A stretch of DNA of 64,000 nucleotides, taken from NCBI GenBank assembly GCA_963728565.1, contig CAVSLC010000002.1:128001-192000 (forward strand). Reading direction: 5' to 3'. The stretch is from an uncultured delta proteobacterium (lineage in GTDB: Bacteria; Desulfobacterota; Binatia; UBA9968). The number at the start of each line of letters is the position of its first letter. The first letter of the stretch is position 1. Position numbers and translations under genes: made by a program. Below the pieces are notes generated by a model. That model saw only the letters and a program-made list of their open reading frames with translations, was not told the origin of the DNA and did not search any database. Positions 40,798-52,701 of the stretch are shown here, one piece after another.

Positions 40798-42209
40798 ATG
40801 TCGCCGTTTAAATCCGTCTATCGGCTCAGCTTTGGCCTGGCACTAGGGTATTTCCTGCCGCGCGCATTGCTGCGGCGGCTACTCTGGCGGCGCTGGAAAA
40901 TCGTCCTCCGTCTTTTGCCATTATCGCCAAACGGACCATGCCCATCGTCGTCAATATTTCGACGACCGCACAACGCGCTCCGCGCAGCGGTTCCGGCGAT
41001 CCGATTGATGAGTTCTTCAATCGTTTCTTTGGCGAGTCTCAGCCTCGCGACACCAGCCAGAGGAGTCTCGGGTCCGGTATTCTGATCAGCAAGGATGGGG
41101 AGATCCTGACCAGCTATCATGTCGTCAAGAATGCCGACGCGATTAAAGTAAAGCTCGCGGATCAGTCCGAATACGAGGCCCGTCTGGTCGGCAAGGATGA
41201 CAGAACGGATTTAGCTTTGATTAAGATTCGGAAGACCAGTGTTCCTCTTCCCTTCGCCCGGCTCGGCACCTCGAGCCAATTGGATGTCGGTGATTGGGTC
41301 ATGGCGATCGGTAATCCGTTTGGCTTGGAACATACGGTAACGGCGGGAATCGTCAGCGCCAAAGGCCGGGTCATCGGCGCTGGACCCTACGACAATTTCA
41401 TTCAGACCGACGCATCGATCAATCCCGGCAATAGCGGTGGCCCGCTGATCAATGCTGTCGGCGAAGTGGTCGGAGTGAACAGCGCTATCTTCAGCCAGAG
41501 TGGCGGCAACGTCGGGATCGGCTTTGCGATTCCCATTGACCTGGCCAAAAAGATCGCCGATCAACTCCGAAAGAACGGCAAAGTGGTGCGCGGCTGGCTT
41601 GGCATCCGGACGCAAACCGTTTCACAACAAGCGGCGTCCTCATCGGGACTGTCCCATTTTGCCGGGGAGATACAAGCGGTGACGGAAGTGACGGAAAATA
41701 GCCCAGCCGCAGAAGCGGGCATCAAGGTTGGTGACGTAATCGCTGAATTTAATAACAAGCCGCTTTCAAAAAATCCCGATCTTCGCACTATGATCGCCGA
41801 CACCGCGCCCGGCCATAAGATCACGTTGAAGATCGTACGCGAGAAACTCGAGCGGGTTCTTTCGGTTCGCATCGGCGAGTTGCCGGATGATGGTGATGGC
41901 AGCCAGCAGGTTGAAGCGCGTGACCCGGAGCTGGGATTACGAGTTCAACGTATCACGCCGGAGACCTCGCGCCGTCTGGGACTGAGCTCTATAAAGGGGG
42001 TTCTGGTTCTGGAAGTACAATCCGGCAGCCCCGCGGAGCAGGTAGGTTTGGAGCCTGCGGATGTAATCCGGGAGGTCAATCAGAAGCCGGTCAATAATGT
42101 CAGAGATTTCGAACGCGCCGTGCGTCAAGGCAGGCGTGGGGAGCGCATCTTGCTTCTTGTTCAACGAGGAGATAACGCTGTATTCTTCGCTTTGAGGCGT
42201 AAGAACTAG
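40798..42209 (+). CDS. DegP/HtrA serine protease with two PDZ domains (frameshift near 40858 in the signal region)
   Basis: SLGSG, YHVV, DLALIK, IQTDASINPGNSGGPL, GFAIP; the N-terminus MSPFKSVYRLSFGLALG is in another frame. Confidence 0.9.
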
Positions 42210-42217
42210 GAGGGCTT

Positions 42218-42415
42218 ATGTTCGGACTTGGTATGCAAGAGCTGTTAATTATCTTGGCCATCGCGCTGGTCGTTTTTGGCCCCAGCAAGCTGCCTCAGAT
42301 CGGTAGTGGCTTAGGGAAAGCCATTCGCGACTTCAAAAAAGGGGTGAGCAGCGATGACAGTGAAGATGCGGTCAAGGAAGCTAAGGACGAAAACTCCAAA
42401 GATTTTCATCGTTAG
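42218..42415 (+). CDS. tatA: Twin-arginine translocase TatA/E
   Basis: MFGLGMQELLII...FGPSKLP..G..LGKAIRDFKK. Confidence 0.92.
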   Translation: MFGLGMQELLIILAIALVVFGPSKLPQIGSGLGKAIRDFKKGVSSDDSEDAVKEAKDENSKDFHR

Positions 42416-42536
42416 CAGGCCGGCAATGGCGGTTCTGCTGCTCCAGCCTTGTTGCCTCTCGGTTCTTCCAGTGAATATCGGATAGCGCCCGGCCCGATGG
42501 CGTCATCGAGCGGGTTTGAATACGGCTTTGAACAAC

Positions 42537-43208
42537 TCAGTGGTGTGTGTTTTTGGCTGCAGCTCCGTTGGTAAAATGGCGGCCATTGCGGCTTTTGCTG
42601 CCTAACACAACAGTGTAGAGGGACGTCTTTGAAAGCTTGTAGGCTCGCTGTACGCTTAAATCCGCCGCCTCAATAAACGGCTTCAACCGTAAGTTGGTGC
42701 GCCATCCCAGTTTGCGAGTGAGCGGATCCAAAGCCTCCGTCATCGACCCCAATACTGGTACATCGCTGGTAAAGTGATTAACGATGACGATGGATCCGCC
42801 AGGCTTGCAGACTCTTTTAGCCTCAGAAATCATCTGGATCGGATCTGGGACAACGGTCACCACATGAAAGGCCATCACGTAGTCGAAGGTGTTATCCGGA
42901 AAATCAAGGCTGAGCGCGTTCATCTCCATCACTCTGAGATGGGTCCAGCCATGATCCTCTATTTTTTGCCGGGCCCGGGCCAACATGTCGGGCGCTAGAT
43001 CGATTCCGATAACTTCGCAGTGAGTAGGATAAGCAGGGAAAGAAGTGCCGGTCCCGGCACCGACCTCGAGAACCTTTGCGCCTGGCGGAATCTCTAGATC
43101 CTCAATGACGCGTTCCAAACGAGAGTAGAAGATTTTACCGAAAATTTTGTCGTAGAGTGGAGCAAATTCTGAGTAGATTTTGCTTTCATGCGCCTCGATT
43201 TCAGCCAT
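42537..43208 (-). CDS. Class I SAM methyltransferase, phospholipid N-methyltransferase (PmtA)-like
   Basis: YDKIFG, VLEVGAGTG, VTVVPDP, RVCKPGG, VNHF, LGW. Confidence 0.8.
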   Translation of the reverse strand: MAEIEAHESKIYSEFAPLYDKIFGKIFYSRLERVIEDLEIPPGAKVLEVGAGTGTSFPAYPTHCEVIGIDLAPDMLARARQKIEDHGWTHLRVMEMNALSLDFPDNTFDYVMAFHVVTVVPDPIQMISEAKRVCKPGGSIVIVNHFTSDVPVLGSMTEALDPLTRKLGWRTNLRLKPFIEAADLSVQRAYKLSKTSLYTVVLGSKSRNGRHFTNGAAAKNTHH

Positions 43209-43237
43209 TATCAGCACCCCTTGCCAAGATGTACATG

Positions 43238-43432
43238 TCAGGCGTCACGTATATCTCTGGACTGTTTTTTAAAAAAAACGGAAATATCTCTTTTGCGAAA
43301 GCGCCATTGCTTGCCTTTCTTAAAGGCAGGCAGAATGTTTTTACGCGCGAACTCATTCACGGTGTCCGGGCTCATGTCGAGAATCACGGCAACTTGCTTG
43401 CTGTTTAACAGCTCCTCATCTCTCTCAAGCAT
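43238..43432 (-). CDS. Small excisionase-like HTH DNA-binding protein
   Basis: GGAGG RBS; LLNSKQVAVILDMSPDTV...LPAFKKGKQWRF. Confidence 0.8.
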   Translation of the reverse strand: MLERDEELLNSKQVAVILDMSPDTVNEFARKNILPAFKKGKQWRFRKRDISVFFKKQSRDIRDA

Positions 43433-43743
43433 AAGTTTCCTCCGAGGTTTATGTTCAGTTGCCTGCGCGGGGGATCTTTTTTTTGTAACAAGTCCACCAG
43501 ACACTGTCAAGGAGAGTAGCGCAGTATGCAGACACTGTGAGAGAATTTAGGGAGGTTAGATCAGCAATCCCGAAACCGAGACGATTTGGCTGCGGATGCA
43601 TGTAGGTAGCTCACGCCACCCCCCTGATCCGGGCTTGCTTGCGCGCCATTGGGAGTTCCATTAGCATGATTCAATACTTTCCGGATTGACAGCCTACCCA
43701 ACTAAGGACCAACGAGCTTGACGGATCCCGCCCGCGGTTTTCT

Positions 43744-46700
43744 ATGAAAAAACTTCTCAAGCTCTGCGTGTTCTTTGCGGCGACATCCATTTTCCTCGTG
43801 ATCATCGGCAGTCTGGCGTTTTACCATCTACTCCGCATCGGCGAGTTTCGCCGATTTCTGATCAGTCAGATCGAGCAGGAGACCCAATTAGAAGTTCAAC
43901 TCGGCGCAGCAGACTTCGATATTGGCTGGATTGCGGGAATCGGATTTCGCGATCTGAAATTATCGGAACCCGCGGCAGCTAATCCACTGTTAACTGCTGA
44001 ACGGATTACAGCCCGCGTCGCGTTGTTGCCGCTGTTGCAACGAAAGCTCATCTTTTATGACGTTCGTCTGCTCAAGCCGGCGGCGCAGATCGTGCGCGAA
44101 AACGACGGCCGCATTCCGTTACTCGATAGACTTCTGGCGCTTCCTTTTTTGCAGCAGAAAAGCCGCGATTATGAGTTCGATCTTCGGTCCATCAAAATCC
44201 AACAAGCGCAACTCCAATGGATTGATCGGCTGCCGGATGGCAATCCAATCAGCTTACGTCTGCGAGATCTCGACGCGGCAATTGAGCGTGTCGAGGGGCG
44301 ACAGCTTAGTGAGCTCATCCAAGGGCTGCTGAAGAGCGCGAAGAAACTTCCGCCTGGACTTGCGCTGCGGGTTGCGTTGACGGGCACGCTTGAGAAAGAT
44401 TCCCAGAACAGCTCCTTGAGCTTGCAAGGAAAGGTGGTTTTACCACGAGACGCTTTCGAGTTCCGCAACGCATGGTGGAGCGCCGATATAAAGTTTAACG
44501 ATTTGCCGGCGAATCTATTGAGCGAATATGGCCGCGGACGCATTCCGTTCAAATCCATGAGCGGGCGTCTGGCGCAGCAACTCCAGGTTGAGGGTCGCCT
44601 GTCCGAGAGGTTGCAGATCAGCGGCGATCTCGCATTCAAACAGCTGGAGCTCGATGAACCGGAGCTGTTTGCTGCGCCTTTGAGGGTCGGCGATGCGAAA
44701 GTGAGTTTTGCAGGCGAATGGACGCCGCGCCGTCTCGCATTCTCCCGACTCAATATTCTATCGAGTGACATCAGGGTTTCAATTATCGGCGAAGTCCGAT
44801 CGACCGACGATGATTCTCATCTCCATTTGCAATTATCGGCCGCGCCGCTGCCGATTGCGGCAGTGCGAAAGTTTCTTCCAACAAAGCTCATGGCGCCCCA
44901 AATCGAGAGCCTGCTGGCGAGCATTCAAGAAGGTGAAGTGATCATCAAGAAGGCCGGTATCGATGCGACTCTTGCACAGATGCGCCATTGGGCCGTGACC
45001 GGCGTTGGTGAAGGCGTCTGGTTGGCGGCGGAGCTGCGTAATCTCGGCATGAAGCTCAACCGTGATGGAGCTTTGCCGTTGAGCTTGGTTCAAGGCCATA
45101 TAACCCTAGACAACAATCTGATCACGTTGACCGATATCGATGCAAGTTACGGTCATTCGCGGCTGAACAAGGTCGCCGCGACGTACGCAGTCCAGGAGCG
45201 CGCGCTCAACTTGCAAGCTCGCGGCGACTTGGATCTTGCGGAGCTACGAGAGCAACTGGTCCTAGGAGTCTTTCCGATAGAAGCTAAGATGATTGCTGAT
45301 ATTCAAGAACTAAACGGCAGGGCTCGCGCTGAGGTGTCTTTACAGCGACTCAAAGAGACGCCGCCGCAAATCACTGGGACACTCACTCTGGATAACGCGC
45401 AGTTGCGCAGGGGCGATTTTCTTTTGAGCCAGATGCGAGGCGATATCAATTTCACCGGAACAGAGATCAACGCCGAGAAAATAGGCGCGACGATTTCTGA
45501 GTCGCCGATCCAAATCGGTTTGGTAGTGAGGGATTACGCCTCGCAAGATGGCGTTTTCGATATCCGCGTCGACTCGACCGGGATGAAATCCGGGATAGTT
45601 ACCCGGCTGTTACTTTCGTCCGGATCGGCCAACGATCCAGGCCTGGTGCGCGGCTCGCTACGGTACCAGGGATCGTTGACCAACAAGGACAAACGGAGCT
45701 TTACTGGCAATTTGGATCTGATTGATGTTCAGCTCGCCACTCAGCCGTTATTGCAGCCTATCCGTGCATTAAATGGAAACATAAAATTCGACGAGAGCGG
45801 AATTGATTTTCAGAGTATCAGGGGCGTGCTCGTTGGGTTCCCCAGCGCGGCCAGTGGCCGGTGGCGTTACGCCGAAAACCCGCAGCTGGTTTTCGACTTC
45901 ACGGCGCCGAATTTGGATCTCACTTACCTATTATCTCAGGTCGATGCCGAATCGAGTGAGTTCTACGCTAATCTGCAGGCCCGAGGTCGCATCGCCGTAG
46001 CTAACGGAAAAATAAAGTCCATCGATTTCGGCGATTTAAAAAGTGACGTCACCATTGACCGCCGGGTTTGGCGCCTGTCAAATCTTACAGCGCGCGCGTC
46101 GGGGGGAACCGTGCAGGCCACAGCGAGCATTGAGGATCGTCCCGATACCTTGAGCATACAGGCGGATTCTCGGATTCGAGGCGTCCCGGTGCAGTCGTTT
46201 CTTCGCTGGTTCGACACGACCACCACCGAAATGAGTGGAACGGTAAATCTGACAGGAAGCCTTGAGACCCGCGGCAACGACGATGCTGAACGCAAAAGGA
46301 ATCTGAACGGCGCTTTTAATCTCAAGATCGAGGAGGGGATTATTCACCGGATGCGCATTCTGGTGCAGATTTTAAATTTACTCGATCTGTCCCGCTGGTT
46401 TACGTTGCAACTCCCCGACCTGACCAAAGACGGCATTCGCTTTCGTTCCATCACCGCTGATTTCAAAGTGAACAAAGGCGTGTATTTCACCCAAAATCTT
46501 GTCGTCGATAGCGATGATCTGCGCATGACCGGCACCGGTAGAATCGACGCGCCGAAAGACGACGTAGATTTTATCATCGCCGTGCGACCGTTTGCAGGAA
46601 TCGATTCGGTGATTAATAACATACCACTTCTGGGCCGTGGTATCGCCGCCATAAAGAACTCCTTCTTAGTCGCGAGCTTCAATATCAAAGGTCCGATTGA

Positions 46701-46833
46701 GGAGCCGACGATTACGCCGGCACCGCTCGGCACCGTATCCGAATGGTTCTGGGGGGTTCTCGGAATACCGAAAAACGCCATTGGCTTGGGCGACAATCAA
46801 AAGCCGGAGAATAGCAAGGCAGCGCCAAGATGA
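43744..46833 (+). CDS. AsmA-like/YhdP-like large envelope protein
   Basis: 1029 aa, N-terminal TM, beta-rich body, C-terminal GIRFRSITADF...IPLLG. Confidence 0.8.
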   Translation: MKKLLKLCVFFAATSIFLVIIGSLAFYHLLRIGEFRRFLISQIEQETQLEVQLGAADFDIGWIAGIGFRDLKLSEPAAANPLLTAERITARVALLPLLQRKLIFYDVRLLKPAAQIVRENDGRIPLLDRLLALPFLQQKSRDYEFDLRSIKIQQAQLQWIDRLPDGNPISLRLRDLDAAIERVEGRQLSELIQGLLKSAKKLPPGLALRVALTGTLEKDSQNSSLSLQGKVVLPRDAFEFRNAWWSADIKFNDLPANLLSEYGRGRIPFKSMSGRLAQQLQVEGRLSERLQISGDLAFKQLELDEPELFAAPLRVGDAKVSFAGEWTPRRLAFSRLNILSSDIRVSIIGEVRSTDDDSHLHLQLSAAPLPIAAVRKFLPTKLMAPQIESLLASIQEGEVIIKKAGIDATLAQMRHWAVTGVGEGVWLAAELRNLGMKLNRDGALPLSLVQGHITLDNNLITLTDIDASYGHSRLNKVAATYAVQERALNLQARGDLDLAELREQLVLGVFPIEAKMIADIQELNGRARAEVSLQRLKETPPQITGTLTLDNAQLRRGDFLLSQMRGDINFTGTEINAEKIGATISESPIQIGLVVRDYASQDGVFDIRVDSTGMKSGIVTRLLLSSGSANDPGLVRGSLRYQGSLTNKDKRSFTGNLDLIDVQLATQPLLQPIRALNGNIKFDESGIDFQSIRGVLVGFPSAASGRWRYAENPQLVFDFTAPNLDLTYLLSQVDAESSEFYANLQARGRIAVANGKIKSIDFGDLKSDVTIDRRVWRLSNLTARASGGTVQATASIEDRPDTLSIQADSRIRGVPVQSFLRWFDTTTTEMSGTVNLTGSLETRGNDDAERKRNLNGAFNLKIEEGIIHRMRILVQILNLLDLSRWFTLQLPDLTKDGIRFRSITADFKVNKGVYFTQNLVVDSDDLRMTGTGRIDAPKDDVDFIIAVRPFAGIDSVINNIPLLGRGIAAIKNSFLVASFNIKGPIEEPTITPAPLGTVSEWFWGVLGIPKNAIGLGDNQKPENSKAAPR

Positions 46834-47078
46834 GGCATCGATTAGTCTTGTACTCTCGAGTCGACTGTTGCCTGTGTGACGAGATGAAAACCGTCATCCG
46901 GCAAGTAGCCCAGAGAACTCCGCTGGACGTTGAGGAGATCGACATCGATAGCGCCGCTGATCTGAAGCAGAAATATGGAGAAGAGGTTCCGGTGTTGTTC
47001 ATCAACGGCCGCAAAGCATTCAAATACCGGCTGACCGCCAGGCAATTAGCGGCCAGATTGAAAACGACTTGGTTCTGA
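46830..47078 (+). CDS. Glutaredoxin-like protein (DUF836)
   Basis: YSR.DCCLCD, EIDID, YGEEVPV. Confidence 0.85.
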   Translation: MRHRLVLYSRVDCCLCDEMKTVIRQVAQRTPLDVEEIDIDSAADLKQKYGEEVPVLFINGRKAFKYRLTARQLAARLKTTWF

Positions 47079-47174
47079 TTTCGGCGCTTGGGTTTCGTGC
47101 GATGGTTTGGCAGATGGCCGCAGGGTTTTATCGGAACCGTGTCGCGTTACACTCCGACTACCTTTCCATCGGCA

Positions 47175-49010
47175 TCATTCGTCGTCTTTTTCCTGTCGGC
47201 GCCTGGGTCGATCGGTCTGCCTGAGGATTTTCTTGCGCAGGCGGATCGATTCCGGGGTCACCTCGACGAGTTCATCATCCGCGATCCATTCGATTCCTTC
47301 TTCTAAACCCATTTCGCGGTGCGGCGAAATCAGGATGTTTTCATCCTTTCCGGCGGCTCGGATATTCGTGAGTTTCTTTTCCCGGCAGATATTCACGTTG
47401 AGATCGTTTTCCCGTGAATACTCGCCGACAATCATACCTTCATACACCTTTGTGCCGGGCGCGATAAAAAGCACGCCGCGTTCCTGCAGGTGAAAAACGG
47501 CGTATGGGGTCGTTGGGCCTTCGCGGTCCGCGACCATGGCGCCGTTGGTCCGCGATTGAATGTGGCCGTGCCACGGCGCCCAGCCATTGAAGAGCGCGTT
47601 CATGATGCCGGTGCCGCGAGTGTCGGTTAAAAAACGGGAGCGAAATCCAATCAGACCGCGCGACGGAACGGCGAATTCCAAACGCACGCGGCTCGATCCG
47701 GCGTGAATCATTTTGGTCATCTTGCCTTTCCGAACAGCAAGCAGCTGCGATACCACGCCGATAAAGTCCTCTGGTACATCGATGACCAGCAGCTCCATCG
47801 GTTCATTGGTGACGCCAGCGATTTCGCGAGTGACAACCGTAGGTTTCGAGACCTGCAGCTCATACCCTTCGCGACGCATGGTTTCTATGACAATGGCCAG
47901 TGCGAATTCACCGCGACCAGTGACTCTGAATGCGTCGGGTAGTTCCGTTTCTTCGACCCGAAGGCTGACATTGCGGCGTTGTTCGAAGAAAAGTCGTTCG
48001 CGCAACTTGCGCGACGTCACGAATTCGCCCTCCCGGCCGGACCAGGGCGAATTGTTGGCGCTGAAAACCATCGCGATCGTCGGTTCGTCGATGCGCAGTG
48101 GCGGTAGCGGATGGGGGTTTTCGCGATCGGTGATCGTGTCACCGATACCGATGTCTTCAATGCCGGCGACGGCAGCGATATCGCCGCCTTCCGTCTTTGG
48201 AATCTCGACCCGCTTCAATCCTTGCCAGCCATAAACCTGAGTGACCTTGACGATTTCTCGCTTGCCGTCTACCCGGCAAAGCGTATACTGACCCGGAGTC
48301 AACGTGCCGTTTTTGACCCTGCCCACCGCCAGGCGTCCGACATAGTCGCTATAATCTAAGTTGTTGGCTTGAAACTGTGTGACGGCTGCGGGATCGACGC
48401 TGGGTCCCGGTAAGACTTGCACAATCAACTCAAACAAAGGTTTCAGAGTTTCGCCGGGCCGCTTCAGATCGCGCGTGGCTGTGCCCGCCCGCGCATTGGT
48501 ATAGACAACCGGAAAGTCGAGTTGGTCTTCGGTTGCATCCAAATCGATAAACAAATCGACAATTTCATCGAGCACCTCGTCAACACGCGCATCCGGACGA
48601 TCGATCTTATTGATACAGATAATCGGGGGCAACTTGGATTCGAGCGCCTTCTTCAACACGAAACGGGTTTGTGGTAGCGGCCCTTCGGAGGCATCGACCA
48701 ACAGCATCACTCCGTCGACCATTGCCAAGGTGCGCTCGACTTCGCCGCCGAAGTCCGCGTGGCCCGGGGTATCGACGATATTGATTTTAGTATTGCCGTA
48801 ATGGATGGTCGTGTTCTTGGCCATGATCGTGATGCCGCGTTCGCGCTCCAGGTCCATGGAGTCCATCACTCGCTCGGCCACGTGTTCGTTGGCCCGGAAG
48901 ATGCCGCTTTGATGCAACATCGCGTCTACGAGAGTTGTTTTGCCGTGATCGACATGAGCGATGATAGCTATATTGCGAAGGTCATCGCGACGATTCTGGG
49001 TTTGCGTCAT
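47175..49010 (-). CDS. typA: Translational GTPase TypA/BipA
   Basis: [44 protein letters not shown]. Confidence 0.97.
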   Translation of the reverse strand: MTQTQNRRDDLRNIAIIAHVDHGKTTLVDAMLHQSGIFRANEHVAERVMDSMDLERERGITIMAKNTTIHYGNTKINIVDTPGHADFGGEVERTLAMVDGVMLLVDASEGPLPQTRFVLKKALESKLPPIICINKIDRPDARVDEVLDEIVDLFIDLDATEDQLDFPVVYTNARAGTATRDLKRPGETLKPLFELIVQVLPGPSVDPAAVTQFQANNLDYSDYVGRLAVGRVKNGTLTPGQYTLCRVDGKREIVKVTQVYGWQGLKRVEIPKTEGGDIAAVAGIEDIGIGDTITDRENPHPLPPLRIDEPTIAMVFSANNSPWSGREGEFVTSRKLRERLFFEQRRNVSLRVEETELPDAFRVTGRGEFALAIVIETMRREGYELQVSKPTVVTREIAGVTNEPMELLVIDVPEDFIGVVSQLLAVRKGKMTKMIHAGSSRVRLEFAVPSRGLIGFRSRFLTDTRGTGIMNALFNGWAPWHGHIQSRTNGAMVADREGPTTPYAVFHLQERGVLFIAPGTKVYEGMIVGEYSRENDLNVNICREKKLTNIRAAGKDENILISPHREMGLEEGIEWIADDELVEVTPESIRLRKKILRQTDRPRRRQEKDDE

Positions 49011-49137
49011 ACGTCTTTATTAGGGAGCAACTAGGTATTGTCAAGCGATAATCTTCCCGTCGAATTTGGAGCCAATTCGGTGCTGATTTCGATATTTCTT
49101 GATAACGCTCACCCCCTGGACTATTTTGATCATTTAA

Positions 49138-50878
49138 ATGGGGCGGCTTAAGACCTACCTTTGGCGCTACTGGCGCCGTTATTTCTTGGGCGGGTTATGC
49201 TTGTTGGGCACGGTAACCCTGGTGATGTGGATCCCCTGGTGGATTCGCGAGGCCGTGCGCATTCTCGAGCAGGGCGGCGCGCTTAGCGACGTCACATTCT
49301 ATGCTGCTGTTATCGCTTTCGCCGCGCTGGCGCAGGGGATCATACGAACTTGCTCCCGAGCGTTGATCTTCAATGCCGGACGCAATGTCGAGTATGACTT
49401 GCGCAACGATCTATTCGCACATCTGCAGAAATTGCCTTCGTCGTTCTATCATGCGCGCCGCACCGGCGATTTAATGTCCCGAGTGATCAACGATATCTCC
49501 GCCGTGCGCGTGATGCTCGGCCCGGGAGTGCTCAATTTCGCCAATGCGCCGCTCTATTATGTTTATGCTCTTGTCTTGATGCTCTCGATGGATGTGCGCA
49601 TGACGTTGGCGGCGTTGGCGCCGTTCCCTCTGCTGATCTACGCCGCGGCCAAATTCCGCGGCCGGATCATGAAATCTTCGCTTGAGGTTCAGCAGCAGAT
49701 GTCCGCGCTCAGCAGCCATGTGCAGGAGAATCTTAGCGGAATGCATGTGGTCAAAGCCTATGCCCAGGAAAAATATCAGACGCAGCAATTTGTCGCGCTC
49801 AACGAAGAGTTTCGCAGCAAAAGTTTAGAGATGGCGCGAATGCGCGGCATTGTTACCCCAATCATGCAGGGCATCAACGGGCTGACGGTGGTGATCGTGA
49901 TCTGGTACGGCGGGGTGCGTGTTGCGCGCGGCGATTTACTGGTAGCCGATATTGTCGCCTTCATTGCTTATCTAAACGTTTTGGCATGGCCCACTGCCGC
50001 CTTCGGATGGATGCTGTCTCTGGTGGAGCGCGGCCGTGCGGCGATGAAGCGGCTCGAGGAAATTCTCAACACTAAACCAACCATTGCCAGTTTGCCCGGC
50101 GCACTGCCGGTTGCGGGGCTAAAGAACGGAATCGAGTTCCGGGATATATCCTTTGCTTACGAAAAGCAGGCTAATGGTCACCCGATTCTGAACCACATCA
50201 GCTTCTCGTTGCCGGTGGGAAAAACCGTCGGTTTGGTCGGCCGGATCGGTTCCGGGAAGAGCACCCTAGCGCAGCTCGTGCCGCGGCTGTTCGATGCATC
50301 ATCGGGCGAGGTTCTCATAGACGGTCAAGATGTTCGTAAGCTGTCGCTGCGCGATCTGCGCAAAGCCTTGGGCTATGTTCCGCAGGAGCCATTTCTTTTT
50401 TCGACTTCCTTCAGACGCAATCTTGCGTTCGGCCGGGACAATGTTTCTGATCAGGATCTGCAACGCGCTGTGCGCATTGCCCGGCTCGACCGCGACATGG
50501 AAAATTTCCCGCAGGGGCTCGATACCGTGGTCGGGGAACGCGGCGTAACCCTTTCCGGTGGTCAGAAGCAGCGGGCGACTCTTGGTGCGCGCGCTGGCGA
50601 TCGATCCTCCGGTGCTTATTCTCGATGACAGCTTGTCGAGCGTTGATGCGCAGACCGAAGCGGAAATTTTGCAGGGATTACGGTCGATAATGAAAGAGAA
50701 AACCTGTCTGATCATTTCCCATCGGATTTCCGCGGTTAAAGATGCCGACGAAATCCTTGTTTTTGCGGACGGTCGAATTCTTGAGCGCGGCACCCACCAT
50801 CAACTGGTGCAGCGTGGCGGACTTTATGCCGAGCTCCACCAGCAGCAACGCTTGACCGAGGAGTTGGAGCAGATCTAA
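49138..50878 (+). CDS. Multidrug-type ABC half-transporter, MdlA-like (frameshift near 50583)
   Basis: TMD with TGDLMSR, GRIGSGKST, LSGGQKQR, then ILDDSLSSVD, ISHR. Confidence 0.9.
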
Positions 50879-52701
50879 GTGGCCGATCCCTCGCATCAAG
50901 GAAGAAATCCTCGGCAAAGCCTACGATCTGCGGTTGATCCGACGGCTGTGGAGATACATCAAGGCCGTACAAGCGTTTGTTCTTTTTTGCCATGTTACTG
51001 CTGCCGATCCAGCAAGCCTTCGGCCTGGCGCAACCTTACCTGATGAAAATCGGCATCGATCAATATATTGCCCAAGGCGATCTATCGGGACTGCAAGCCG
51101 TCGCCCTGCTTTTCTTGGGAGCAATCGTTGGCGAGACAGTTATGATTTTCTTTCATTATTATCTCACCATGGCTGTGGCCCAGCGCTGTCTTGCCGATCT
51201 CCGGGTAGAGCTATTCTCACACGTGCAGAAGTTGCCAATGGCTTATTTCGATCGCAACCCGGTGGGCCGATTAGTCACCCGTATGACCACCGATGTCGAT
51301 GTTCTTACAGGAGATGTTTTCTTCCGGGGTGATGACCCTGATCTCCGATTTCGTCATGGTTGTATGGATCGTCGGCATCATGTTCTATCTGCATGCGGAA
51401 CTGGCCATTGGTTTCATTGGCGCTGATCCCGCCAATGGCTTTGGCCATCAACTTTTTTCGGATCAAGAGCGCGCCAGACATACCGTCTGATTCGAGAGCG
51501 GATCGCGCGTATCAACGCCTATCTCGGCGAGGCGATCTCGGGCATGGCAATAATTCAACTATTTGCCCGGGAGGAGAAAACCTATCGTGAGTTCGACGAG
51601 CTAAATGCCGCTCATCGTGATGCTTATCATCTCTCGAACCTCTATGAAGCGGCGCTTTATTCGATGGTCGAAGCCGCCGGCTCGGTGAGCGTTGCGCTGC
51701 TGCTTTGGTATGGAGGCGGCGAAGTTTTGCATGGCATCATCGGCATCGGCACCGTCGTCGCATTCAAGGAATACCTCCATCGATTCTTTGTTCCGTTGCG
51801 CGACTTCAGCCAGAAATACGCAGTCATGCAGTCTGCTATGTCGTCGGCAGAAAGAATTTTTCAGCTTCTGGATACGCCGGTCACGATTGATAGCCCGAAA
51901 AAACCCGTCATACCCAAACCGTTCCGCGGTGAAGTGGTCTTTGATGACGTTTGGTTTCACTATAAAGCTGACGACCCTGTCCTCAAGGGAGTATCTTTCC
52001 GCATCGAACCCGGAGAAAAAATCGCCGTCGTTGGAGCAACAGGTTCGGGGAAAACCACAACCATTAAGTTACTCAATCGGTTTTACGACGTACAGAAAGG
52101 ATCGATCCAAGTTAGCGGCGTGGATGTCCGCGACTGGGATCTGCAGGCGCTGCGAAGACATATCGGCGTTGTCTTACAGGACGTATTTCTTTTCTCCGGA
52201 GATATCCGCACCAATCTCGCGCTCGGTGACCGCTCGGTGCCGCTGGAGCGCATTGAAAATGCCGCTCGCTTGGCCAACGCCGATATCTTTATACGGCGGC
52301 TTGCCGGAGGTTTTGGCGCCGACGTACGGGAGCGCGGCAGCAATTTTTCCGGTGGACAGCGGCAATTGCTGGCACTCGCGCGGGCGCTGGTGTTCGAGCC
52401 GGAAATCCTGGTGATGGATGAGGCGACCTCCAGTGTCGATACCGAGACCGAAGCGTTGATACAAGATGCCCTGGAGCGGGCTATGCGAAATCGCACCTGT
52501 TTATTGATCGCGCACCGGCTTTCGACTATTCGCAATGCCGACCGTATCATCGTGCTTCATCGCGGCGAGGTGCGCGAATTCGGATCTCATTCACAATTGA
52601 TGGAGAAGCAAGGCATTTACCATCGGCTGTATCAGCTGCAGTACGAGCGCGAGGAAATGAGACTGCCGGTTCAAGAAGCGGAGCCCAAGATTTATGGGTA
52701 G
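50879..52701 (+). CDS. Multidrug-type ABC half-transporter, MdlB-like (several frameshifts 50960-51480)
   Basis: GKAYDLRL, DRNPVGRLVTRMTTD, GATGSGKTT, FSGGQRQL, MDEATSSVD, AHRLST. Confidence 0.9.

Noticed and set aside
43238-43432. Prophage or ICE suggested by an excisionase-like gene
   Set aside because: No integrase, att repeats or phage genes; the flanks are housekeeping genes
46830-47078. Further selenoproteins among the redox genes (glutaredoxin-like protein, AhpC)
   Set aside because: Their active-site codons are ordinary Cys, with no in-frame TGA or SECIS
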